Source: Myxococcales bacterium
GTDB lineage: Bacteria; Myxococcota_A; Bradymonadia; REDH01
NCBI GenBank assembly: GCA_947496715.1
Contig: CANMDT010000002.1
Coordinates: forward strand, 3,398-67,397
Length of the DNA: 64,000 nucleotides
Direction: 5' to 3'
The notes under the pieces were generated by a model. The model was not told where the DNA came from. It searched no databases and was given only the letters and a program-made list of their open reading frames with translations. Positions 57,201 to 64,000 of the stretch are shown in pieces (position 1 is the first letter of the stretch; each line of letters starts with the position of its first letter). Made by a program: the position numbers and the translations under genes.

Positions 57201-57913
57201 GGACCCGGTTTGCCGGCATGGGCAGCGGGCGGCCGCTCCAGCTGCTGACGACGGAGGAGGGCGCCCTGCTGCGGAGCATCGATGGCGGGCGGAGCTGGGC
57301 CACCACGCTCCGGCTCCCAGGCGCAGGCCATCCGATGGTGGTGCTCTCGGACGACGGCATTGTCTGCGCCAGCACCATGAGCCAGATGAGCTGCTCCGAG
57401 GATGACGGCATGAGCTGGGCAGAGGTCGGCGGGCTGGCCGGCGCCTCTGCGACCCATCCGGCGATCTACCGCGGCAAACTCTTCGCGCTGGCCGGAAGTC
57501 AGTTCCTGCGCGCCGACCGTGTGGAGGCCCGCGAGGTCCCCTCGACCAAGGCCTTCTTCGACACCGCGTCGGCGACGCCGAACAACCGGATCATGCCCTT
57601 CCTCTCGGAGATCGCAGAGCGGGCGAAGGGCGACCCTGCGCTCATGATTCGGGTCGAAGGTCACGCCGACAAACGGGGCGACGCCGACAAGAACCTGACC
57701 CTCTCCGCAGACCGCGCCGAGGGCGTCGCCGCCCTCCTCCAACGGCTCGGCGTGCCCGACGCACAGATCGAGACGGTGGCGCTCGGCGAGACCAAGCCGA
57801 TCCGCGACTCGCGGGGCAACATCCAGGACGAGCGGAGCCGGCGGGTGGAGCTCATGCTGCTCCGCTCCGCGCCCACGCAGACCTGGTTCACGAGCCAGTG
57901 CGACGACGAGTGA
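54266..57913 (+). CDS. Large lipoprotein with vWA (MIDAS) domain, BNR/sialidase-type repeats and C-terminal OmpA-like peptidoglycan-binding domain
   Basis: Start at MNRFRRSVLAMAAALAWVAIVATGC. vWA MIDAS DIMFAIDLSGSMS. BNR-like SIDGGRSWAT and SEDDGMSWAEV. OmpA-like …IRVEGHADKRGDADKNLTLSADRAEGVAALL…RRVELMLL. Confidence 0.8.
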   Translation: MNRFRRSVLAMAAALAWVAIVATGCTHITQGMREAIDADQSEQAIVMGEAWIAGAAAETTSDERLAVMLLIAEARFREAAKADTDDAYREFQLRYRNEGWAKQLRDRAYEAEAAATLRDAVMPRPTPEILLKFAAFYPSTSAAGQARVLAAAKALDEVAANPSVEALRDYRAQYASFPGTERFVAEAGVMEFKLALRDALESRRVANLRAFRERYRPVDGSEADLATRKLELELAYDEALQSPTETRWVRFIATYRGWPGAAQKVAAAEEAILELNFTEAVRAGIEALERFGAAHPSEPWPTRVMTAINTILLVPIGGYLSGHPLSHEDVLELWSSFAHRPGLPEAFAAKREAFVAAASERKDSGGLLLLYLLASPCPLDATEATDLETALWNEAMEADTVPAWESYLTLAPPQPRRGEAEDRFIALRDIARASKRGMSAQVTHTVVRRDSVDLYVNVTDCHQERVSGLSKEAFRLYEGSVARPISAFLGVNDDRPLDIMFAIDLSGSMSTEQDAVRSSVQQFADQFSFRWRNLSLGLITFNEELVSKQRPQPSAATFQNWLSGMTRTSGGNGEDSVGALVESSNLFGGRAERVVIVMTDEALQANRTGRALLKHKPAADPCLTLQQASSCFQKATSAGGMSRCAAQVDRADPGHKMERAVQQCMARAGVRQCQSAVANELAQAAQQCAVPTPAWSPVVDEISEELNKRGTRAFFIVSEGPETFHRLGAELGGKAYEVPDDTTSEAPYTAALLDIADRLSSQYVITFKRSSPDPVDLSKLNVVVHPESLLRTVATLAAERTRALHVGGDLTCPAATAIAGNATRYRTTQCGAQWEAVEELSEAGANIDSVVLTDSAEFHLSSDHLLTIRGWPSDTVMATVADHNITAIYADGEGGVWAEGSFEGVQAFASIDSSGVVGALLPLDAGAAAPMLVLNLPKGPGSRLCYTADGLSRRCRSPKETAWVTEPVQGLATGAGVARTRFAGMGSGRPLQLLTTEEGALLRSIDGGRSWATTLRLPGAGHPMVVLSDDGIVCASTMSQMSCSEDDGMSWAEVGGLAGASATHPAIYRGKLFALAGSQFLRADRVEAREVPSTKAFFDTASATPNNRIMPFLSEIAERAKGDPALMIRVEGHADKRGDADKNLTLSADRAEGVAALLQRLGVPDAQIETVALGETKPIRDSRGNIQDERSRRVELMLLRSAPTQTWFTSQCDDE

Positions 57914-58032
57914 GACGCGCCGCAGCGGGATGATGTAGCGGCATGATGTAGCGGCCGCGACACAGAGCGGATCGGGGTTGACAGCAGCCCCCTCGCGCCG
58001 CTCCGTTGCCGCCACCCTTTGCCGGAGTTCTC

Positions 58033-59397
58033 ATGCGCCAGTTTCCCCTCCTCCTCCTGCTCGCAGCCTGCAGCGCCGACACCTCCAAGACGGTCGAGGC
58101 CACAGACAGTTCGGATGAAGGGAGCTCGGATGGATCGGGCGCCACAGACGCCGGTGCAGATGCTTCGGCGGACGCCTCGGCAGACGCAGACGATGCCACA
58201 GACGGGAGCGGAAGCGGCGAGCCGGTCCTCACCGAAGAGGAGCGGCTCCGGGCCCTGCTCGACCCTGCGCCATGTGTGGTCGCGGAGCCTCTGAGCTGGA
58301 GCCCGCTGCCGCCCACCGAGGCCTTTGCTGGCGAGCGGCGCTACAGCCCGCTCTCGGCCCTCCGCGTCGACCGCGGCGTGGCGTCGCTCTTCGCTACGCC
58401 CGAGCATGAAGCGCTGCTGGCCGACCGGCGTGCCCGCAGAGCCACAGCGCTCGAGAGCTGCGGCGTCGACATCGACTGTCTGCGTACCGGGCTCTCCTGG
58501 TCGGTCGAAGAGAGCGACCGGCTTGCCGCCATCATCGCACCCGCGCAGGCCGCCGTTGCCTCGCTCCGCAACGAGGCGCTGGCGACGGGCTACCCCTTCG
58601 GCCTCGCGGTTCCGCCGGAGGAGAGCTTCCTCGACGAGCTGGTCGCGCTGCAGGTCTTTTTGCAGAACCAGGCCATCTCTCGCGCGGTGGGCGAGGCCGA
58701 TCCAGCGGCGATCGCAGCGGTGATGGCCGAGATCTCGGGCGTTGGAGCCACAGTCGATGCAGACAGCGGACTGGTCACCACGGCCCTGCTTCAGGCGGCC
58801 GGCCGCGACGAGGCCTTCCGCTACGGTCCGGATGGATCGAACGAGAACCCGGCGGCCATCGCGGCCATCGCCAGCATCGACTTTGCAGCCTACCCCTACA
58901 CCGCCATCCTGGTGCCGGGTCAGGGCCCGACCGACGACACCACTGCGCTGAACCCGGCCGGCATCAACCGGATCAACACCGCCGTCGCCCGCTGGCGCGC
59001 CGGCCTCGCGCCGCTGCTGCTCGTGTCGGGCGGCCATGTGCATCCCGACAAGACCCCCTTCTGCGAGGCCATCGAGATGCGCCGATACCTCATCGACACG
59101 CTCGGCGTCCCGGCCGCCGCCATCGTGGTCGACCCCTACGCCCGCCACACCACGACCAACCTCCGCAACGCAGCCCGTATCCTGCAGGGCGTGGGCGTGC
59201 CGATGGACCGCCCCATCCTGGTCACCTCCGACCTCCTCCAGCTCGCCGGCATCGTCTTCGGGCTCGCTCCACGCTGCGAAGAGGAGCTGGGCTTTGTGCC
59301 CTGGCAGTCGCTCGAGCGGCTCGACGCCACCGATGCCTGCGCGGTGCTCACGCCCGACTCGCAGCGGCTCGACCGGGGCGACAGCCTCGACCCCTAG
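58033..59397 (+). CDS. Lipoprotein with acidic N-terminal linker and C-terminal DUF218 (YdcF/SanA/ElyC-like) domain
   Basis: Start MRQFPLLLLLAACS. C-terminal …ILVPGQG…LLLVSGGHVHPDKTPFCEAIEMRRYLIDTLGVPAAAIVVDPYARHTTTNLRNAARIL… resembles the DUF218 family. Confidence 0.65.
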   Translation: MRQFPLLLLLAACSADTSKTVEATDSSDEGSSDGSGATDAGADASADASADADDATDGSGSGEPVLTEEERLRALLDPAPCVVAEPLSWSPLPPTEAFAGERRYSPLSALRVDRGVASLFATPEHEALLADRRARRATALESCGVDIDCLRTGLSWSVEESDRLAAIIAPAQAAVASLRNEALATGYPFGLAVPPEESFLDELVALQVFLQNQAISRAVGEADPAAIAAVMAEISGVGATVDADSGLVTTALLQAAGRDEAFRYGPDGSNENPAAIAAIASIDFAAYPYTAILVPGQGPTDDTTALNPAGINRINTAVARWRAGLAPLLLVSGGHVHPDKTPFCEAIEMRRYLIDTLGVPAAAIVVDPYARHTTTNLRNAARILQGVGVPMDRPILVTSDLLQLAGIVFGLAPRCEEELGFVPWQSLERLDATDACAVLTPDSQRLDRGDSLDP

Positions 59398-59549
59398 TCA
59401 GCGTGATGCAGCGAGCCTGCGCCGTGGCGGCCATCGAAGACCACCCGCCGAACACCCAACCGGCAGCGTAGCGGCGGCGATCTGATGAGAAGGTGGAAGG
59501 GGGCGGGCCGCTGTGCGATAGACTGGCAGCACGACCTCGGGAGAGAACC

Positions 59550-61697
59550 ATGACCACCGCTCGCTTTGCCCTCGCTGCTCTGCTCACCGCGCTCGCAGCC
59601 GGTTGCGGAGAGAGCCAACACAACACGACCGTGGCAGACGGCAGCGGCAGCGGAGATACCGCAGCAGACACGGGCGCCGGAAGCGCAGACACGGGCGACG
59701 ACACGAGCCTGGCAGACACCCTCGACGACAGCGGAAGCGGAAGCGCAGACACCGGCGCAGACACCGCGGTCGACACGGTCGATGACGACGCATGGATGGC
59801 CGACTGCCCCGAGCCGCCACAGGGCGACCAGCCGCTCGCGGGCCGCTGGAGCCTGAGCCTCTTCCACTTCAACATCCAGTATGTGGCCGGCGGCACGACA
59901 GGCTTTGCCGATATCGCCGCCAATGCGCCGGCCTCGTCGCGGCTGCTCGACATGACCGAGCAGGAGACCGAGGACCGCATCGTAACCGAGTCGATCGTGC
60001 CGCTGCTGGAGATCCTGGAGCGCCACCCCACGCTCGCGCTCACCTTCGAGCTTCAGGGCTACGCGGTCGACGTCATCCGTGAGCGCCACCCCGCCGTGCT
60101 CGACCGGATGCGCGCGCTCGTCGAATCGGGCCAGCTCGAGCTCGCCTCCATCCACTGGAGCGACCAATTCTTCCTCGCCTTCGGGCGGCGCGACATGGAG
60201 CGCTCGTGGGAGATGACGCAGGCCAGCTTCGCGGCCGCCAACCTGCCGCTTTCGCCCGTCGTCTTCACCCAGGAGGGGCAGTTCGGCCCCGGCTTTGCGG
60301 CCTGGCTGGCGGAGCGGCGCCCCGACGCCATCATGGTCATCCCGAGCAACCTCTCCCGCTTCTACGCGCAGTCCTTCGCAGACGCGCCGCTGCTCTCCTA
60401 CGGCGCGCTCACCGCCATCCTGCCACGCGGTTACGGCAGCGCGATCGTGCAGCGCGACTTCTCCTTCTTCGACGACGGCGAGCTGCTCGCGACCGCCAAC
60501 CTCAACCCCTATGTGGGCCGCGCCTTTGCCCGCAACGCAGCCTCGATTCGCACCTACGAGAACGAGCTGCGCTGCGCAGAGCGGAACGGCGCCCGCGTAG
60601 GCCGCATCGCCGACTATGTGGCGGCGGTCCGCGAGGCCGGCGTAACGCCCGTCGAACACCCGCCGCTGCTCGACGGCACCTGGCAGCCCAACTCCACCCG
60701 CGGGCCACTCCGCTGGATGGGGGGCGCGGGCGACCTCTGGAGCAAGCATGAGCGCGACCTCGAGGTACTGCGGGCCTGCATCGGCGGGCGCTACAAGGTG
60801 CTCGAGCTCGAGACGCTCCTGGGGCAGCCCGGCGGCGCCACCGAAGCGCAGACTGCTGAGGCGGCAGCTGCGCTGAACCAGGGCTGGCGCGACCTGCTCT
60901 GGGGCGAGGTCTCCGACGCACGCGGCGTCAATCCGTGGCACGGCGAGGTCAACTACGGCCTCGACCACTGCAACGCCGCAGCAAGCGGCGCCGACGCAGC
61001 CACCGCCCTCCTCGCGCGGGTCGGCTACCCCGGCGAGACTGGGCTGGAGATCGACACCGACGCCGGCACCGTCACCGTGAGCGCCGCACCGGAGCCTCCA
61101 GCGAAGTCGAGCGTCGAACCACCCTTCGCCATCGAGCTGGACGACAACGGCCGCGGTGCGAGCGCCGCCTGGAGCAGCTGGCGCGACGAGGCGGGCGACG
61201 AGCTCTTCGAACTCACCGTGGCTTGGCCCGCGCTGCCCGACGCGTTGGCCCGCTTCGACAGCTGCATCGGCGGCGACCCGACCCGCCGCTGGCGCTGCGT
61301 CCAGAGCCCGCTCCCCATGGAGCTTCGGCTGCCGCGCGCGCCCGGTTTCGTCGGCCTCCGCCCGGCGCTCTCCACCACCATCCTCCGCGCCACCGAGGCC
61401 AGCTTCGACCTCCAGCCCAACGCCAGCGCCGACGCAGCCTGGGTCCCCGTCGCCAGCGGCCTCATCGACCTGGGCAATGGCTGGTTCGCCATCAAGGAGG
61501 TCGCCACCACCCATGTCGCCGTCGGCTGGACCGCCGGTGCGCCCGCCAACAGCTGGGTCCGCCTCCGCGATGAGACTCGTCAGGCCAGCGAGGCAACCAG
61601 CTGGCGCATCTGGCTCACACAGTCCGAGGCGGCTGCCATCCGGCGCGCCGACGCCAACGAGTCGCCCCGCCTCTGGCGGGCGGTGACGGGTCGCTAA
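59550..61697 (+). CDS. Secreted lipoprotein, possibly glycoside-hydrolase-57-like / polysaccharide-processing (tentative)
   Basis: Start MTTARFALAALLTALAAGC with GGGAGAGA RBS. Asp/Thr/Gly-rich linker. N-terminal catalytic-like region (…LSLFHFNIQYVAGG…LELASIHWSDQFFLAF…) loosely GH57/NodB-like. The overlapping 1530-aa minus ORF was rejected. Confidence 0.5.
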   Translation: MTTARFALAALLTALAAGCGESQHNTTVADGSGSGDTAADTGAGSADTGDDTSLADTLDDSGSGSADTGADTAVDTVDDDAWMADCPEPPQGDQPLAGRWSLSLFHFNIQYVAGGTTGFADIAANAPASSRLLDMTEQETEDRIVTESIVPLLEILERHPTLALTFELQGYAVDVIRERHPAVLDRMRALVESGQLELASIHWSDQFFLAFGRRDMERSWEMTQASFAAANLPLSPVVFTQEGQFGPGFAAWLAERRPDAIMVIPSNLSRFYAQSFADAPLLSYGALTAILPRGYGSAIVQRDFSFFDDGELLATANLNPYVGRAFARNAASIRTYENELRCAERNGARVGRIADYVAAVREAGVTPVEHPPLLDGTWQPNSTRGPLRWMGGAGDLWSKHERDLEVLRACIGGRYKVLELETLLGQPGGATEAQTAEAAAALNQGWRDLLWGEVSDARGVNPWHGEVNYGLDHCNAAASGADAATALLARVGYPGETGLEIDTDAGTVTVSAAPEPPAKSSVEPPFAIELDDNGRGASAAWSSWRDEAGDELFELTVAWPALPDALARFDSCIGGDPTRRWRCVQSPLPMELRLPRAPGFVGLRPALSTTILRATEASFDLQPNASADAAWVPVASGLIDLGNGWFAIKEVATTHVAVGWTAGAPANSWVRLRDETRQASEATSWRIWLTQSEAAAIRRADANESPRLWRAVTGR

Positions 61698-61808
61698 CCG
61701 GGCCGTTGCTGGTTCGCGCCAAAGGTGTCGCATATTGCACAATTGATTGTCGCCATCTGTCGAATCGTCTGCTACCTGACGCGCAGTCTTCCGCTCGGAG
61801 CCCCGCCG

Positions 61809-63809
61809 ATGTCTCTCGTCGCCAGCCGTTCGATGCTCATCCGACTCTCCCTCCTCACCCTCCTCGCATCGTCGGGCTGCGTGGTTGATGCCGCCGGTTC
61901 GCTGACCAGCGAGCAGCTCGTCTCGGAGCTCTCCACGCTCCAGCCCGGCGACACCCTCACGCTCCCCGCCGGCACCTTCGCGGGCAGCTTCACCGTGCCC
62001 GCCGGCGTCACCCTGCGTGGCAACTCCACCATCCTCGTCGCAGAGGGCGGTGCAGCCCTCCTCGTTGCCGGCGGAAGCGCCACCCAGCCCACCCGCATCG
62101 AGGGGCTCACCCTCCTCACGCCGGCCGTCACCGAAAAGGCCGTAGCCGCACTCACCGCCGTCGGCGGCGAGGCCCTCGAGCTCCGCGACCTCACCGTCAT
62201 CGCACCCACGGGCGCAGGCATCATCGTCCAGGGCGTCGCCAACCTCACCGTCGAGCGGGTCACCATCGACGGACAGCTCACCGACGCCTCCTTCGCGGAG
62301 CTGGCCGCCCAGTCCACCCCCGTGAGCGCCAACGAGGTCTCCATCGCCGGCCTCATCGTCGCGGCGGGCGACGGCATCGTCCGCACCAACGCGACCGTCA
62401 CCGACCTCACCGTGCGCAACGTCGCCGGCTTCGGTGCCACCTTCATCGACAGCATCACCAACTGGACCCGCGGCCGCGTCGAGGGCTGCGCCGGAACCGG
62501 CATCTACCTCTCCCGGTCGGCCCACAGCTGGCAGGGCGTGACCGTCGCGAACGGCCGCTCCGCCTCCAACAGCGGAGCCTTCGTCACCGGCTTCGGCGTC
62601 ATCGCCACCGAGAGCAGCAGCCTCGATACGACCGACCTCGAGATCGCCTCCATCAAGGGCATCGGCCTCTTCCAGTCGGCCTCCCGGTCGCAGCACCTCG
62701 GCGCCCGCATCGTGGGCAACGACAGCCGCGGCATCTGGGTGCAGGACAGCCTCGCCACAGACAGCATCGACCCGGAGCTCCTGCTCGACCAGTCGGTCAT
62801 CATGGGCAACCGCGGCGCAGGCATCCAGGTGCTCGACGGCGGCGGCCTGGTCTTCCAGAACGGCCTCATCGCCGGCACCCGCACCGCACCCGTGTTCGGC
62901 GGACTCGGCGGCTCCGGTGTGGTCGGCGACGCCATCCAGCTCGGCGGCGCAGGCGGTATCGGCAACCAGCTCACCACGGCCGGCTCGGTCTTCCTCGGCA
63001 ACGGTCGCGCAGGCATCGCGGCAGAGAATGCCAACAGCTCGCTCGAAGCTTTGGGCAGCGACTCGCTCTTCATCTGCGGCCAGGGCGAGACGCTCCCGAA
63101 CTGGAGCTGCAGCGAGACGGCGGAGGGCGAGCAGCAGTGCATCCGCACCAGCGGTCCGCTTGTGGAAGCGGGCTGGAGCTGCGCAGACGGCGCCTCCGGA
63201 ACAACCTGCACCACCACCGAGGCGGCGCTCCTCGCGGCAACGCCGCAGCGCATCGCCAACAGCGCCACCGGTATTTCCGATTTCTGCGGCGACGCCCTCA
63301 CACAGGTGATCGATGCCAACCGGCTCGTGGCCTCCGCCGGCCTCGCCACAGCGGGCGCAACGCCGGGTTGGACGCCGCCTGTGGCCGCCGCCTACGACTG
63401 GAGCTGCACCACCAGCGCAGCCACCCGCACCTGCACCGAAAACGCCAGCGACTTCGATGGCCAGTCGCTCGACAACCCGACGGCCGTCGGTGGAACAGGC
63501 TGGAGCTGCGAGGCCACAGACGAGGGCCGGCGCTGCACCTGGAGCGGCTTCGGCGTCGCGGCGGGCGCAGAGGTGGGTGGCGTGGCCGACTTTGCGCCCA
63601 AGCTCGAGCCCCGCATCGTGAGCCGCGACAACCTGCTCCGGCAGGGTGTGATCAACAGCGTGACCTTCGATGTCGCGCCCACCCGGCTCCCCTCGCTGCT
63701 CGGCGGCGCCCGCTCGGTGGTCGGCGAAGATGGGCTGGTCGGAAACGACGGCGCGCTCGGCACCCGTGCGGTGGTCGGCGAAGATGGCGTGGTCGGCGAA
63801 GACGGATAG
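61809..63809 (+). CDS. Secreted parallel beta-helix lipoprotein, short paralog (partner of 18471-20558)
   Basis: Start MSLVASRSMLIRLSLLTLLASSGC. Long blocks of identity with 18471-20558 (…SRSQHLGARIV…DPELL.DQ.VI.GN.GAGIQVLDGGG.VFQNG.IA…). C-terminal W/C-rich segment. Tail …VVGEDGLVGNDGALGTRAVVGEDGVVGEDG*. Confidence 0.8.
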   Translation: MSLVASRSMLIRLSLLTLLASSGCVVDAAGSLTSEQLVSELSTLQPGDTLTLPAGTFAGSFTVPAGVTLRGNSTILVAEGGAALLVAGGSATQPTRIEGLTLLTPAVTEKAVAALTAVGGEALELRDLTVIAPTGAGIIVQGVANLTVERVTIDGQLTDASFAELAAQSTPVSANEVSIAGLIVAAGDGIVRTNATVTDLTVRNVAGFGATFIDSITNWTRGRVEGCAGTGIYLSRSAHSWQGVTVANGRSASNSGAFVTGFGVIATESSSLDTTDLEIASIKGIGLFQSASRSQHLGARIVGNDSRGIWVQDSLATDSIDPELLLDQSVIMGNRGAGIQVLDGGGLVFQNGLIAGTRTAPVFGGLGGSGVVGDAIQLGGAGGIGNQLTTAGSVFLGNGRAGIAAENANSSLEALGSDSLFICGQGETLPNWSCSETAEGEQQCIRTSGPLVEAGWSCADGASGTTCTTTEAALLAATPQRIANSATGISDFCGDALTQVIDANRLVASAGLATAGATPGWTPPVAAAYDWSCTTSAATRTCTENASDFDGQSLDNPTAVGGTGWSCEATDEGRRCTWSGFGVAAGAEVGGVADFAPKLEPRIVSRDNLLRQGVINSVTFDVAPTRLPSLLGGARSVVGEDGLVGNDGALGTRAVVGEDGVVGEDG

Positions 63810-63927
63810 AAGTCCTTCAAAATCATCGCTTCGTGATGCACAAGAAGGGGTGGTGTAAACCGAACAGGGATCTGCGGTGTCACAGGAATACTGCGCCACG
63901 AACGGCCCATGCACCAGGACCCTTGCC

Positions 63928-64000
63928 ATGACGAACCGCCTCACGCTGCTGCCCCTTCTCATCCTCGCCGCCTGCTCCAGCGACACCGCCGCGCGGAGCG
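63928..64000 (+). CDS. 5' end of another lipoprotein gene (runs off the window)
   Basis: MTNRLTLLPLLILAACSSD… signal peptide plus lipobox. Truncated by the window edge. Confidence 0.4.
   Translation, partial: MTNRLTLLPLLILAACSSDTAARS

Noticed and set aside
57929-57985. Tandem 'atgatgtagcgg' x2 and a TTGACA hexamer in the 57914-58032 intergenic region
   Set aside because: No matching -10 element at appropriate spacing. Could be a chance occurrence. Insufficient to call a promoter or terminator.
59394-63986. 1530-aa minus-strand ORF spanning two plus-strand genes
   Set aside because: Its translation is Gly/Ala/Arg/Glu/Asp/Val-rich with no motifs. This is the typical antisense signature in ~70% GC DNA. 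The plus-strand genes have lipoprotein signal peptides, good RBSs and a clear paralog (18471-20558), so they are the real genes.

Overview
64-kb, ~70% GC bacterial chromosomal segment. The gene content points to a myxobacterium-like deltaproteobacterium: Ser/Thr kinase fused to a STAND ATPase and TPR repeats, 'Myxococcus cysteine-rich repeat' motifs, many Cys-rich lipoproteins, an AMIN domain and FGE-sulfatase domains. This taxonomic call is inference from domain content only. The left end is a housekeeping sufBCD-nfu Fe-S cluster operon plus an SDR oxidoreductase. Immediately downstream is the most conspicuous structure in the window. An ~8.7-kb cassette carries one 8.4-kb gene (2796 aa, minus strand) encoding a giant lipoprotein with four tandem FGE-sulfatase (SUMF1-like) domains interleaved with Cys-rich repeats. 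The cassette has its own ~200-bp AT-rich upstream island. It is bracketed by copies of a ~220-250-bp MITE-like element with terminal inverted repeats. It is also bracketed by two copies of the same internally deleted fragment of the neighbouring SDR gene. This is the signature of an insertion or segmental rearrangement into a small repeat array. The remaining 45 kb is dominated by secreted or lipoprotein-type genes. The key feature is a five-member paralogous family of right-handed parallel beta-helix lipoproteins: two short forms and three long forms that share a conserved Cys-rich N-terminal module. The two short paralogs sit at opposite ends of the region. Two of the long forms are an adjacent tandem pair. 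Interspersed are an ECF sigma / anti-sigma / LTXXQ (Spy/CpxP-like) module and a 1366-aa AMIN-domain coiled-coil protein with six in-frame 159-bp tandem DNA repeats. There is a second FGE-sulfatase lipoprotein in a two-gene operon. There is a vWA-BNR-OmpA lipoprotein and a large acidic orphan protein of 1432 aa. Housekeeping genes present are prmC, amt, rluA-family and an APC permease. No rRNA, tRNA or CRISPR features were recognised. Many long antisense ORFs in the six-frame track are high-GC artefacts and were rejected.
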